Source: Octopus sinensis (taxonomy: Eukaryota). Taken from it: a DNA stretch of 64,000 nt. The stretch's first letter is position 1, and every line of letters begins with the position of its first letter. The position numbers were made by a program, and so were the translations under genes. Below the pieces are notes generated by a model. The model was not told the DNA's origin. It saw nothing but the letters and a program-made list of their open reading frames with translations, and made no database searches. Positions 13,311 to 27,077 of this stretch are shown here, in pieces. Location of the stretch: contig NC_043022.1 of the NCBI RefSeq assembly GCF_006345805.1, positions 23,870,001 to 23,934,000 on the forward strand. Reading direction: 5' to 3'.

Positions 13311-13639
13311 ACACATGTAAAAATCGATGCTTCTTTATTTTCTACTGTTTCATACATACATACATACATCAATACATACATACTTGCGGTTTTGTCATAA
13401 ACATCTTATTTCATTCAAATTCCACAATAAATTACATAACGGTTATGTCTGCATTGAACATCCTAAAACTAACACTGTTAATTTAGACGGCAATAGATAT
13501 AAATCAGATTTTGCATTGTGATTTAATTGATTCAAGATTGTTAGATAAAGAAATACAAAGAATATTTGAAGTTTTATTATTTCAAATCACTTCGTCTAAG
13601 ACATTTTAGCACCGAAATATCGGCTATTTGCAGAATATA

Positions 13640-13852
13640 ATCTTTTCTACTCTAGGCACAAGACCCGAAATTTTTTTTGGGGGGGCAGTCGATTAGATAG
13701 ACCCTAGTTCGCAGCTGGTACTTAATTTATTGACCCCGAAAGGATGAAAGGCAAAGTCGACCTCGGCGGAATTTGGACTCAGAGCATAACGGCAGACGAA
13801 ATACCGCTAAGCATTTCGCCCGGCGTGCTAACGTTTCAGCCAGCTCGCCGCC
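13640..13852 (-). mobile_element. SINE family B
   Basis: Full head GGCGGCGAGCTGG on the minus strand plus body. Confidence 0.8.
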
Positions 13853-14119
13853 TTCATTTGGAAAATGTAATGCAAAATGAATGATATTATTCGATACATG
13901 TGTGTGTGTGTGTTTACATGTATATATATACATGTTTGCGTGTGTAAGTATTCACATGTATATATGTATTTTTTTTTGTATGTACATTGTCATATATATA
14001 TATATATATAATATATATAATATATATGCTTAAATACACATATGCAAAGACATAAGCACACACAGAGACATATATGTATGTATGTATATTCACGCATGCA
14101 TACATGTATGCATACATAC

Positions 14120-14180
<61 letters not shown>

Positions 14181-14439
14181 TATGTGTATGCATGTATCTA
14201 TGACATTATTCAGTTATATTTCAAGATTTCTTGCCAGTTTCTAACCTAGATTCAAGGCTCCTTCATTGGAATTTCAACTTCAACAACTGGGTATTTTTGT
14301 TTGTATGTATGTATATAAGTAGCTTTGTATGTTTTGCATTATGTATGTGCTCTCATGTATATAGTTGCATATCTAGACATGCTCATATATGTACGTATGT
14401 ATATGTATAAGCATGTATGTATGTGTGTATGTTTGTATG

Positions 14440-14497
<58 letters not shown>

Positions 14498-15419
14498 GTA
14501 GGTACTGTAAATTTAGGGTGAATACTTGATAAGTGTAAGGACTTTAAACCATCTTTTATATCAATAATACACTGACGTAATAACGGATTGTTTTTAACGC
14601 TTGAAACACGTGTACCGCGATATCCTTTGTGTTATATTTTTAATTTTATTTGAGATATATATATATATATATGCCTGTGTATATGTTTGTATGTATGCAA
14701 GTATGTGTGTGTGTGTCTGTGTATGATGTGAAAGTGTGGTGGCATTTACAAAAAGCGTGTTGCTGGAATGAAGTAGGGTTGCCCTGAGGTTATTTGCAGC
14801 TGTCATTAATAGTAGACACCCACCCGCCCACAATCACCACCACTACCACCACCAACACTGCTACTACTACATATATTAATAGTACCCCCAAAAAGTATCA
14901 AGTATTGTGAAGGTGGTGGTGATAGTGGTAGTGGTTGTGGGGAGGGTACTTAGTTGCGTAAAATAACTTGTCTGTATGTTTTTCGTTTGACTGTGTATGT
15001 ATGCATCTATATAACACACCCTTATACATACTAATACATACACCAACCCTATACATACACACATCCAGACCCCTCCTACGCACTATTAGCTGGTCCCTCA
15101 ACCCTTTATCACCCTATTATCTCCCCCTATTCGCTCTCGCGTCTCATGTTTGATCTTTGACCTCTGGCCGAAATCAGATCGCCATGTTGATTCGTTAGCC
15201 ACTGCACGCATTTTTTTTTTCTCTCCTTCTTTCTGTGTTTTTCTCTCTCTGTGTATCTTTCTGTTGAAGAGCGTAGGCTCGAAACGTTAAAGACTTGTTT
15301 TATTTATATTTCCTGAGCGCCATACTAATACAATTGTTCGTTTGTTTTCCACCTGCCTTCGTCTTTTGTTTATTTTCATAAAGCTTCCCGTTATCTATTT
15401 ATATATATATATATATATA

Positions 15420-15832
15420 ATCCGCTGCGGCCATGCTGGAGCACCGCCTTTGTCATACAAATCGACCCCAGGACTTATTCTTTGTAAGCCTAGTACTTAT
15501 TCTATCGCTCGCTTTTCCCGAACCGTTAAGTTACGGGAACGTAAACATAACAACATCGGTTGTCAAGTGATGGTGGAGGAGAAACACATACAAACAAATA
15601 CATACATACACACACACGCACGCACGCACACACACACACACACACACACAACACACACATATATATATACGACGGGCTTCTTTCAGTTTCTGCCTACCAA
15701 ATCCACTCACAAGGCTTTGGTCGGCCCGAGACTATAGTAGAAGACAATTGCCCAAGGAACCACGCAGTGGGACTGAACCCGGAACCATGTGGTTGGGAAG
15801 GAAGCTTCTTACCACACAGCCACTCCTGCGCC
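15420..15832 (-). mobile_element. SINE family A, near full length
   Basis: Head, core, internal CA/TA microsatellite and tail present. Confidence 0.85.
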
Positions 15833-15960
15833 TAATATATATATATATATATGTATATATATATGTGCATATATATTGTATGTATATATGTACATATATA
15901 TGTATGTATATATATATATATATGTATGTATATATGTCTGTATATATATATATGTATGTA

Positions 15961-16003
<43 letters not shown>

Positions 16004-16159
16004 TTATATATATATATATATACATTTATATATATATATATACATTTATATATATATATAATATAATATATCTATATATATATATACGTATATATATATG
16101 CATATATATATATATATAATATAATGTATGGAATATATATGTATATAAAAATGTATATA

Positions 16160-16193
<34 letters not shown>

Positions 16194-16259
16194 CGTATAT
16201 ATATATATATATAATTATATATATTACTATATATATATATAATATACGTATATATATAA

Positions 16260-16307
<48 letters not shown>

Positions 16308-16465
16308 TACATGCATGGTGTATATGTGTGTAATATCTATGTATGTATGAATGTATACATATATATAAATATTTTTATTTGTATGTATGTGTGTACGTTG
16401 TATGAAAGAAAAGTGATATTGATTATTTGCAGGCACAAACGTATTTATCCACATGTGTGCGTATA

Positions 16466-16509
<44 letters not shown>

Positions 16510-16514
16510 ATACA

Positions 16515-16545
<31 letters not shown>

Positions 16546-17285
16546 CTATACATGCGTGTATGTGCGTCTATGTGCGTGTGTGTGTTTGCGTGTCTTCCCC
16601 CCCCCCCCCCCATTCGCTCTATCTAATTTTCTTTGCACGTCTGTGAAGAAATCACTATTTGCCTGTGAGGTTAAGCCAAGATTATGTACAACACAGGAGT
16701 TGGTATCGTTGCTCTTCTTGTTCGTGTTGCTGCTGCTGTTGTTGTTTTTGGTTTGTTTATACCTTACATCTTTTGTTTGTTTTTTTTTCCTTTTTTATAT
16801 ATATATGTATATATTTTTTTTTTTGGTTAATTTGGTGAGGAGGTAAGAGTAGTGGGCAATCACGGCACCATTAGTAAGATAGCACAACTAATCGCTCTAA
16901 TGTGATGGGAACAAGAAACGACATTGCTCACACACACATACATATACTCTCAGACACACACAACACACACAAAAAAAACACTGATCATGTAGCCCCCTCT
17001 ACCGCTGACACACACACACACATAGATATTATTCTAACTACCATTACGCTACAAGACTTTCAGCAATGTCTTAACACTATAATTTACTCTGGCGTTTCTG
17101 GGGAGTTATTTTACCAGCCAACAACAACAACAACAACGGCAACGAAAACAACAACTATTATGGCTATAGCAACATCTAAAAGAAAAATTGCACCTTGTTC
17201 GTGTATACATACATACATACATACATGCAAGCATTCATGTATACATATATACATACATATATGTGCATGTGTGTATTTGTACATG

Positions 17286-17380
<95 letters not shown>

Positions 17381-17458
17381 CTATATATATATATGTATGT
17401 ATGTATGTTTTTCCTTTACACACACGCATACACACATATATATATAGTATATATCATA

Positions 17459-17790
17459 GGCGCAGGAGTGGCTGTGTGGTAAGAGGCTTGCTTACCAAGT
17501 GTCTTCTACTTATAGCCTCGGGCCGACCAAAGCCTTGTGAGTGGATGTGGTACACGGAAACTGAAAGAAGCCCGTCGTATATATGTATGCGTGTGTCTAT
17601 GTTTGTCCCCCCAGCATCACTTGACAACCGATGCTGGTGTGTTTACGTCCCCGTAACTTAGCGGTTCGGCAAAAGAGACGATACAACAAGTACTAGGCTT
17701 ACAAAGCATAAGTCCTGTGGTCGATTTGCTTGACTAAAGTCGGTGCTCCGGCATGGCCGCAGTCAAATGACTGAAACAAGTAAAAGAGTA
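17459..17790 (+). mobile_element. SINE family A, full length
   Basis: GGCGCAGGAGTGGCTGTGTGGTAAG ... ctgaaacaagtaaaagagta. Confidence 0.85.
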
Positions 17791-17849
17791 TACATGTGTG
17801 TGTGTGTGTGTGTGTGTGTAAAGGCAAAACTGTACTTTGTAACCACAAA

Positions 17850-18250
17850 ACCATCAGTTGAATTATACTGAAATCCCAACTGTTGTATATGTGTAAACCT
17901 GACGGAAAGACCAGAGATCCGTTCCAATCAAGAGCAACTCCTCAGAATAAAAACATAGCTACACTTTGTGTCTGAAAACGTAATGTATGCGAAAAAACTT
18001 TCTGGGTGTGGGGAACATTACATTGAATAGAAGGGGAAATTCCCTATGACAACACATGGCTATAGGTAGTTCACAAATTAAAATATACCGGAATACAGAC
18101 AAATAGGACTGAATGAACGTATAGATACATGTGCGGGCAAGAAAGTAACATTATGATTTTTACTCTATAACTTTGGTGATATACAATTCAACGGAAACTT
18201 ATCAGCAAAGTAATGTCCTTCATAACAAAACACCAACCACAATAAAATTC
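17850..18250 (+). pseudogene. Degenerate Penelope-like GIY-YIG endonuclease
   Basis: Frameshifted SENVMYAKKLSGCGEHYIE*KG/GNSL*..QIK/PEYRQIGLNERIDTCAG/SFITKHQP, colinear with the better-preserved copy at 41654-42014. Confidence 0.65.
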
Positions 18251-18774
18251 TTTGGCAGAGAAACCACCAACAACACAACTAGAACTTTTGCAAAAGTTAC
18301 CACAATGACTACTACTCATTAGATAGACGATTGCTACATGCCTGTAGGAACCCTCTCTGCTGCTACTGCTGTTTTCCCTTCTCTTGCTACCACTACTAAC
18401 AGCCTTATATGGTGTCACTTTCATCACTTAGCTATCACTGCCAACTTGCAACAATCAGAAGTAAACGAAATACAGCATCATGTAATCTCTATAAGAAAAA
18501 AACGTGACTGTCAAGAACTGAAACCGGTGGTGACTTAAGTTAAAAGTGTAAACACTGCCTTTCTGTTTTCCTTAAGAAAGTTCTCTAAGCATTTTCCTCT
18601 TCTTATATTTTTTAAAATACGTATGTGTGTGCGTGCGTGTGTGTATGTGTGTGTGTTTCAGGATGGCAGCAGAATTTGCGGATATATATATATGGTAATA
18701 TAAAATAACAGCTCTAATCTAGCAAATACCAAGCGTTTTTAATAAAAAAATTTGTGCACACGTTCTTGATAAGT

Positions 18775-19170
18775 TTTCTATGAATCTGACTTCGATGGCT
18801 ACTTTAATGCAGGACCGGAATCATTGACATACCAGCACTAAGTGGTCCTTTATTCATTTCGGACATCACCCGGATAAATGTGGCCTTCTGTAAAGCCAAC
18901 GTATTGTGAGGATATTGAATAGTTTCCTTTTCAACATGGGATTTCAATCTGGCGAGTTTTCCAACCACAAGTCTACTATTACATGACGGTAAAGATTGTC
19001 TGACTTCCATTCTTGTGTTATGTGGGGTTAGTAACAAGGTGCTGAGTCTTGTTGAAACACATATGGCCAAAACTGTACCCAGCAGCATTAGTTAGAATAT
19101 CCTGTGGGAAGATGTATGGTAGTGTAATATTATCTTCGTTACTCGCCACTCAGTACTTATCGTTATTCAC
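18775..19170 (-). pseudogene. Tc1/mariner (maT/DD37D-like) transposase remnant
   Basis: VASNEDNITLPYIFPQ..NAAGY / PYVFQQDSAPC..TQEW...W.ENSPD*NP / PHNT...RFIE, with stops and deletions. Confidence 0.75.
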
Positions 19171-19500
19171 AGTTACTCGAAATTTGCTGTGCATCACTCT
19201 GGGGATATAAGAAGGATCTGTACAAAAACAAAAGCATGCCATTTTCTGTATGGTTCTTAACCGCCTGACACAGATCAAACGTTTTTTTTTGCTTTTGTAG
19301 TCATGTATTAGCGTCCATTGAATTTGCCGTGGAGAGTGGAAAACCGAACGTTTCAGAGAGAGTCTTTCTTTAGGGAAAGGTCAAGACGAAAAAAATTTAT
19401 GAAAGACAGCAGAGTTTCAGAATCTCCAACCAGGGTTGCTTTTTAATCTGTATGCTCTGAAACTCTGCTATCTCGAATTAATTTCCCTCTTTACAAGTCT

Positions 19501-19533
19501 TCCCTGAGGAAGGATTTTGTCTGAAACGTAGGA
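19501..19533 (+). ncRNA. Minimal type I hammerhead motif
   Basis: TCC-CTGAGGA-AGG(attttg)TCT-GAAA-CGTA-GGA; stem III is the bare palindrome ACGT. Confidence 0.65.
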
Positions 19534-19718
19534 TTTCTTACTCCCCATGGCAAGCTCGCTGTTCTCTTTATCGATATATATTCTTTTATTCTTTTATTTG
19601 TTTCAGTCAATTGACTGCGGCCATGCTGGAGCACCGCCTTTAGTCGAGCAAATTGCCCCCAGAACTTATTCTTTGTAAGCCTAGTACTTATTCATCTACC
19701 TATCTATCTACCTACCTA

Positions 19719-19802
<84 letters not shown>

Positions 19803-19825
19803 TACATACATACACATATGTATAT

Positions 19826-19873
<48 letters not shown>

Positions 19874-21135
19874 GTCACATACATACACACACACACAAAC
19901 ACGCACATATATATATATATACAGAGAGAGAGAGAAAGAAAGCTGTATGTGAAATGTGGACACACATATATATATATCGTTGCATAAACCATACAATTAA
20001 ACACACATTCATAAATAAGTACATGTGTGTGCATGCGGGCGTGTGTACGCGTATATGTGCGTGCGCGACCGCGTTTGCGTGTTTGTTTCTGCGTGATGAA
20101 AATTTTTCGCGATTTCTCGCTTTTCTTCTCTTTTCTTTGGCACCGTTTTCAAAGGAAATCCAAACAATCCAAGAACACAATGATTTTCGAAACTCCAAGA
20201 ACTTCACACACAAATATTATCGAGGGTTTTTTTTTTCTTCTTTTCTCTGGGTTTGTTGTTTTACCCATTCCAATGCTATAGTCTTCTCTGTTCGGTAATT
20301 CCTTTAATTCTTTTTTTTTTTTACCATTTTGTTAATTTTGCTTTTTGCTGTTTTCCTTTAAAACATAAAAGTGAAAAATATAAAAGTAAAAGAACCACAA
20401 CAGAATTCAATTTAATGTTCGTTTAGAATTCTCTTGCTTCCAGTCATCTGTACAAAGTATCGTTTGTTGCAGCCCACAGTTGTTGCTGCTGTTGTTGTCG
20501 TTGTTGATGATCATGATGATGATGAGGAGGAGGAGGAGGATGGTGTCGATGATGATGAGGAGGAGGCGGATAATGGTGTTGGTGGTGGTTGTGATGGTGG
20601 TAGTAAAGGTGGTGGAGGAGATGATGCTGCTGATGGTAGTGATGATGGCGTTGGTGATCATGATGATGATGATGATGATGACGATGATACTGTTGTTAGT
20701 TTCTCGCTTGCTGTCTTTTTTTTGTTTTTTTTTGCATGTTTGACATTCGCTGCCGGTTATGTGTGTATTTTTAAGTGGGGAGTCAGTCTACGTTTTCATC
20801 GTTAGAGATTTAGATATTTCCGTCTGTTTTTTAAGGGCTGATTGGGAGGCTTGCAAGTGATAGATGATAGTGGAGGTGGTGTTGGTGGTGGTGGTGGTGG
20901 TATGAGTATTGGGGGTGGGTTTTGTATTTTGTTACAGGTTTTTCGAGGTTTAGGTAAGAACAGTAATGCAAGTGACAGAGTGCGGTTGTTCTTTTTCTTC
21001 TTAACATCTACATATCTCCTCCTCCACCACCTCCTCCTCCTTCTTCTTCTTCTTCTTCTTCTTCTACATGAACATCTTGTTCTATGCGCGTGTATGAATG
21101 TGTGTATTATATGTATACATGCATGTATGTATGCA

Positions 21136-21171
<36 letters not shown>

Positions 21172-21446
21172 GTGTGTGTGTGTGTTGTGTGTATACATAT
21201 ACATATACATGTATGCGTGTGTGTGTATGTACATATACATGTATGCGTGTGTGTGTGTGTATAAATCTTTTTATCTTTTATTTGCTTCAGTCATTAGACT
21301 GCGATCATGATCGGGCTCCACCTTTAAGGGTTTAGATCCCAATACTGTTTTTTCCTTCAGTCTGGTAATTATTCTACCGGTGTGCTTCGTATGGATTGTT
21401 AGCCTTGTCTGAAAACATGAACTTTTTATTAGAGTTATTAACTAGT

Positions 21447-21682
21447 ATATCTGTTTCTTTATTACCCACAAGGGGCTAAACATAGAGGGGACAAACAAGG
21501 ACAGACAAACGGATTAAGTCGATTATATCGACCCCAGTGCGTAACTGGTACTTAATTTATCGACTCCGAAAGAATGAAAGGCAAAGTCGACCTCGGCGGA
21601 ATTTGAACTCAGAACGTAACGGCAGACGAAATACGGTTAAACATTTCGCCCGTCGTGCTAACGTGTCTGCCAGCTCGCCGCC
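21447..21682 (-). mobile_element. SINE family B, full length
   Basis: Head to tail intact; abuts a PLE fragment. Confidence 0.85.
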
Positions 21683-21687
21683 TTAGC

Positions 21688-21965
21688 CAATTTAGATTGA
21701 AACAGGTTAGAGTAAGTGTACTTACTAAACATCATCGTGGAAATAAGGTTCAGCAAATCGGCGGTGAAGTGAATAAGGTCTTTAACACGTGGAGAAAAGT
21801 TCCGTGGTTAATGTCGAAATGTTCAGTTGCTGTTAGAGGTAATGCTCCGTCAAACTGTAGGGCCTTCCATTGTAAGCGTTTAACAAAATCTTCTGTGTTT
21901 TTTTTTCTATGAGCATCCTGAAGTAAACGTTTTTAAGTAGTGTAGGAATGTTTTTTGTAGTGCAG
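21688..21965 (-). pseudogene. Penelope-like element ORF N-terminal fragment (probably Naiad-type)
   Basis: TTKNIPTLLKNVYFRMLIEK/TEDFVKRLQWKALQF...PRVKDLIHFTADLLNLI...FQSKL matches the KNIP...FIKRMRWKA motif of PLE ORFs. Confidence 0.7.
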
Positions 21966-22855
21966 TCTATAATGATTTTTAAAACGCCTAAGAAGCAATA
22001 CTGAAGTGTAGATAGGCGTAGGTTTTTTTTGAGCTTTCATCCCACGGTGAGCGATACTTATTAAGAAACTCAAGTTGGTATTTTTCTCACTTTAAGCGGT
22101 ATTACAATGGCCAAGGGGTATCCAAGTGATGTTTTTAACTAGTGTGGCATTGTATTTTTTAAATTATTTCTGGGGAGGGGACAGTCAATTAGATCGACCC
22201 CAGTACGTGTCTTTCATTAATCGAATACCCAACGAACACCGAGTCAGCGAACGTACTTTACCGACAAATTATCAGCTGTATACCATACGATCGATTTTTA
22301 AAACTCTTTATGTGTATATGTGTGTGTGTGTGGTGTGTGTGTGTGTACATACATATACACATACACTGCACGCACACACAAACATATACATTACACACGC
22401 ACACTGTGTCCCAGCATGACCACAGTCTCAGAGCTGAAACATATAAAAGAAAATATATTCATATATATATATATATATTATTCGTATCGTTTTTACGTCC
22501 TGTTTGTGTTACATTTTTTTCTTGCTTGTTTTTACCCCTCTGCAAGGTAATTTTATTTTAATTCTCTCGCAGGAAGGACTAGTTTGGCGAGTCGTGTCCT
22601 GTCTTGCCTTCAAAACACGCTAGAGTCGAACCAGTGACAGCTGATGATAGGGGATTTTTCCTTGTGTAGTATGTCCTGTACTCTGTTTTTCTGTTGTAAA
22701 AAAATGTTTTTTTCCGTTTTCTTTTCTCGTTGAGTTCTACGTCTAGTTGTGGTGTCCTGTACTCACGTATATATATTTATATATGCATGTATATATACAT
22801 GTAGATGTAGGTACGTACATATATGTTTGTATGTATGCATATATTTTATTTATTA

Positions 22856-22879
<24 letters not shown>

Positions 22880-22891
<12 letters not shown>

Positions 22892-23829
22892 GGCAATTTA
22901 TCTGCCTGTGTGTCTGTGTGTCTGTCAGGTTGTACCCTCACCCTGAACCACGGCTTTCAACCGATTCTGATGAAACTTGACACACACATAGCCCAATGTC
23001 ATAATCAAAACTAACGGAGCGAAAATTTTGAAAGTTTCCCCAGTTCTGAAAAAATCGATATATTCGACATGGAGTCGAGAATCAGAAACACAACCCCAGA
23101 CTGTCTAGGGGACGCAACTCGACCTTTTTAACTCTCAACTTCATCAATATCCAGCTACTTGAAGCTATTCCTGGTGATGTCCACGTCTACAAATCTATTG
23201 ATAGGACAGCAGACCCCCCGAGCTTGCCGATTATCCTGTTGAATTCCCGAATTCACTTGAACCGCCAGGCCTGCGGCCAACACATCCTGAAGTTTAAAGT
23301 CGGTGCGCCCATTATGCTCATCAGAATTTGGTTCCACCTAAACAGTGCAACGGCACACGTCTGGGTGTGAAACATTTGCCACCACATTTAATAACGGCCA
23401 CAATACTTACCGGTTGTGGGAAGGGAGAGGGCGTCTTCATTCCACGCATGCACCTTCAACCGTCGGGCGCTGACCTACCAATCCACTTCAGGCGTTCTCA
23501 GTTTCCTGTTAAACTCTGCTTCGCAATGTCCATCAATAAATCCCAAGGCCAAACGCTACAAGTCGCTAGGTTAGAGTTGGGCGAACAGTGCTTCGCCCAC
23601 GGTCAACTCTACGTGGGCTGTTCACGCGTTGGGAGGCGCAATGATGTTTTCATGTTTTCGCCCAAAGGGACAGCTAGGAACATCGTATACATAGAAGTAT
23701 TCGAGTGAAGAGAAGACATTGCAACCTACACATGCGCCTTCGTTCCCTAGAGGGAAAGGATTAGATTGGGATTAGTCGTTGCCTACTAGGGGCTCTTACA
23801 TACCCGGGCAACGCCGGGCTATGCTGCTA

Positions 23830-23830
<1 letters not shown>
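22880..23830 (+). mobile_element. Helitron deletion derivative carrying the PIF1-like helicase C-terminus
   Basis: Same 5' ~260 bp as the 2072 element; 3' hairpin cccgggcaacgccggg + CTAG|T. Confidence 0.9.
23150..23708 (+). pseudogene. Helitron RepHel helicase fragment (PIF1 family), frameshifted
   Basis: YPVEFPNSLEPPG..KVGAPIML / PPKQCNGTRL / RSQFPVKLCFAMSINKSQGQTL / CFAHGQLYVGCSRV / RNIVYIEVF. Confidence 0.9.
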
Positions 23831-23868
<38 letters not shown>

Positions 23869-24076
23869 AAATATACATATATAGATACATAAATATATAC
23901 ATACACACATATATCATGTCACACGCACACTGTGCCCCAGCATGGCCACAGTCCTCAGAGCTGAAACATATAAAAGAATATATTCATATATATATATATA
24001 TATACATATATAAATACATAAATATATACATACACACACACACACATATACCATGTCGTATCATATATATAATATG

Positions 24077-24125
<49 letters not shown>

Positions 24126-24183
24126 CGCACATATGTAATACACACATGTAAATGTATGTGTATCTGATCGTTTGTTGCGCACG

Positions 24184-24226
<43 letters not shown>

Positions 24227-24645
24227 CATGATGTTTCAGTGTTGATTGTATTATTGAGTAGAAATCAAGAAATACTGCCGTAATTCTTGTTGACATATTG
24301 CAAGACTCGTTGATATCATTTAGACAACGGATGTCATATATTATGTAGCTGCAACTACAACAACAAATACAACAGCACTGCCGCAACCACCGCACCTACT
24401 TAAAGCACTGCAATCGCTATCCGGCTCTACTACCACAATCACCACCACCACCACTAACGCCACAACACTACATTCATCTTCCTTTCCACGACCACATATA
24501 CTCTAACTCGGTTTCCAAGTGTCACTTTCACTTTCTGTTTCTCACACACACGTACACACTTGATTGTTGTCTCTCTACCTATTTCTATGTCACAGATCTA
24601 TTTATTTTCTCCTTCACACTTTGCCCCCATGACATACATACGGAA

Positions 24646-24682
<37 letters not shown>

Positions 24683-24770
24683 GTTCGAATTTACAGAAAA
24701 CGATAGACAAAGACAGGTAAGGGAACAGCAAGTAGGTATATTAGTTTGACGCTCCGGAAGAATGGAAAAG

Positions 24771-24808
24771 TTTGTGATGTTTCGAGCCTACGCTCTTCGA
24801 CAGAAAGG
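24771..24808 (-). ncRNA. Family C hammerhead-like motif (degenerate)
   Basis: CCTTT-CTGTCGA-A-GAGC(gtag)GCTC-GAAA-CATC; the element runs to (TA)n at ~24680. Confidence 0.45.
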
Positions 24809-25008
24809 ATTGAAAAGGGGAAAGAATAGAGAACGAAAAAAAAAAAACCGAGAGAAAAAATGTGTAGGGATTAACAGTTTAACATGATGAAATACATCCA
24901 TATATGCATGCATACATGCATGTATGTTTGCGTATGTATGTATCTATCTATCAATATATCCATCCATTCATCATATATATATATATATAATATATATATA
25001 TATATACA

Positions 25009-25367
25009 TACTCTTTTACTTGTTTCAGTCATTTGACTCCGGCCGTGCTGGAGCACCGCCTTTAGTCGAGCAAATCGACCCCAGGACTTATCCTTTATAA
25101 GCCTAGTACGTATTCTATCGGCCTCTTTTGTCGAACCGTTAAGTTACGGGGACGTAAACACACCAGCATCGGTTGTCAAGCGATGATGGGGGGACAAATA
25201 CAGACACACAAACATATATATATACGACGGGCTTGTTTCAGTTTCCGTCTACCAAATCCAGTCCGAGGCTATATTAGAAGACACTCGCCCAAGGTGCCAC
25301 GCAGTGGGACTCAACCCGGAACCATCTGCTTGTAAGCAAGCTATTTACCACACGCCACTCCTGCGCC
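25009..25367 (-). mobile_element. SINE family A, full length
   Basis: Tail to head intact, directly upstream of the HHR array. Confidence 0.85.
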
Positions 25368-25680
25368 CTATATATATATATATATAATAAAATATATATA
25401 TAATTAATTAATAAGGGTGAGAGAATTAGATACTAATTTAATAGTATATTAATTCAACCCAAGTGGCCTAGTGCTACGAGAAACCTGGATTATTATAATA
25501 TTTTATAAAACTATTACATACTTTTACAAAACAAATATAAGAGAGTGGTCAATATATTGCTCACTCTCAGCACCAGTTAATCCAAAAGGTTTCAACCACG
25601 AAGATACATGTTTTCCCATGAAAGCCAGTACTACTGTTTCTCACACGAAGGGCAAGTAAAAAATAACAAAAATACAGATT

Positions 25681-25763
25681 TTTTGGGACAATTGTTTCGC
25701 TATTAATGAATTAAATGTAATATTACTTACAAAAAAATCCATTTGTAGCTCGTCAGCCAAGAC
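25681..25763 (-). ncRNA. Canonical type I hammerhead ribozyme (array unit 1)
   Basis: TTGG-CTGACGA-GCTA..AATGGATT//AATTCATT..TAGC-GAAA-CAATTGT-C|CCAA; GUC site at 25687/25686. Confidence 0.9.
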
Positions 25764-26208
25764 TATCTGGATGAAATCCACTCAATCACACGCCAGATTT
25801 TACCATAACGATAAATACGCGTGCGGTTCAATTGATTACATCCGACGTTATAATTCAAATGCCCCCAACCAACAGCGCGCCAAACTTTCACGGAAACAAA
25901 TACAGCATTTAGAATAAATGCAGCATAATTATAATTAATTAATAAGGGTGAGAGAATTAAATACTAATTTAATAGTATATTAATTCAACACCAAGTGGCC
26001 TAGTGCTACGAAAACCTGGATTATTATAATTTTTATAACATATTACAATACTTTTACAAAACAAATATAAGAGAGTGGTCATATATGGCTCACTCTAGCA
26101 CCAGTTAATCCAAAAGGTTTCCACCACGAAGATACATGTTTCCCATGAAAGCCAGTACTACTGTTAGCTCACACGACAGGGCAGTAAAAAATAACAAAAA
26201 TACAGATA

Positions 26209-26290
26209 TTTTGGGACAATTGTTTCGCTATTAATGAATTAAATGTAATATTACTTACAAAAAATCCATTTGTAGCTCGTCAGCCAAGAC
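26209..26290 (-). ncRNA. Canonical type I hammerhead ribozyme (array unit 2)
   Basis: Same core and stems as unit 1; GUC site at 26215/26214. Confidence 0.9.
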
Positions 26291-26994
26291 TATCTGGATG
26301 AAATCCACTCAATCACACGCCAGATTTTACCATAACGATAAATACGCGTGCGGTTCAATTGATTACATCCGACGTTATAATTCAAATGCCCCAACCCAAC
26401 AGCGCGCGCAAACTTTCACGGAAAACAAATACAGCATTTAGAAATAAATGCAGCATAATTATAATTAATTAATAAGGGTGAGAGAATTAGATACTAATTT
26501 AATAGTATATTAATTCAACACCAAGTGGCCTAGTGCTACGAGAAACCTGGATTATTATAATATTTTATAACATATTACAATACTTTTACAAAACAAATAT
26601 AAGAGAGTGGTCAATATATTGCTCACTCTAGCACCAGTTAATCCAAAAGGTTTCAACCACGAAGATACATGTTTCCCATGAAAGCCAGTACTGTTTTGTA
26701 AAAGTATTGTAATATGTTATAAAATATTATAATAATCCAGGTTTCTCGTAGCACTAGGCCACTTGGTGTTGAATTAATATACTATTAAATTAGTATCTAA
26801 TTCTCTCACCCTTATTAATTAATTATAATTATGCTGCATTTATTTCTAAATGCTGTTATTTGTTTTCCGTGAAAGTTTGGCGCGCTGTTGGTTGGGGCAT
26901 TTGAATTATAACGTCGGATGTAATCAATTAACCGCACGCGTATTTATCGTTATGGTAAAATCTGGCGTGTGATTGAGTGGATTTCATCCAGATA

Positions 26995-27077
26995 GTCTTG
27001 GCTGACGAGCTCAAATGGATTTTTTTGTTAAGTAATATTACATTTAATTCATTAATAGCGAAACAATTGTCCCAAAA
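26995..27077 (+). ncRNA. Type I hammerhead ribozyme (inverted unit)
   Basis: CTGACGA 27002-27008, GAAA 27060-27063, CAATTGTC|CCAA cleavage after 27071; one A missing in stem II. Confidence 0.85.

Noticed and set aside
17459-17540. tRNA genes at SINE heads (also 28310, 51288 and others)
   Set aside because: A and B boxes are present, but they continue into shared SINE bodies and lack a full cloverleaf and a T-run terminator
22560-22770. Hammerhead in the dispersed 'caactgatgaagg' family (also ~12720-12900, 37850-38080, 62860)
   Set aside because: CTGATGA and GAAAC pieces exist, but the stems could not be paired consistently; treated as relics only
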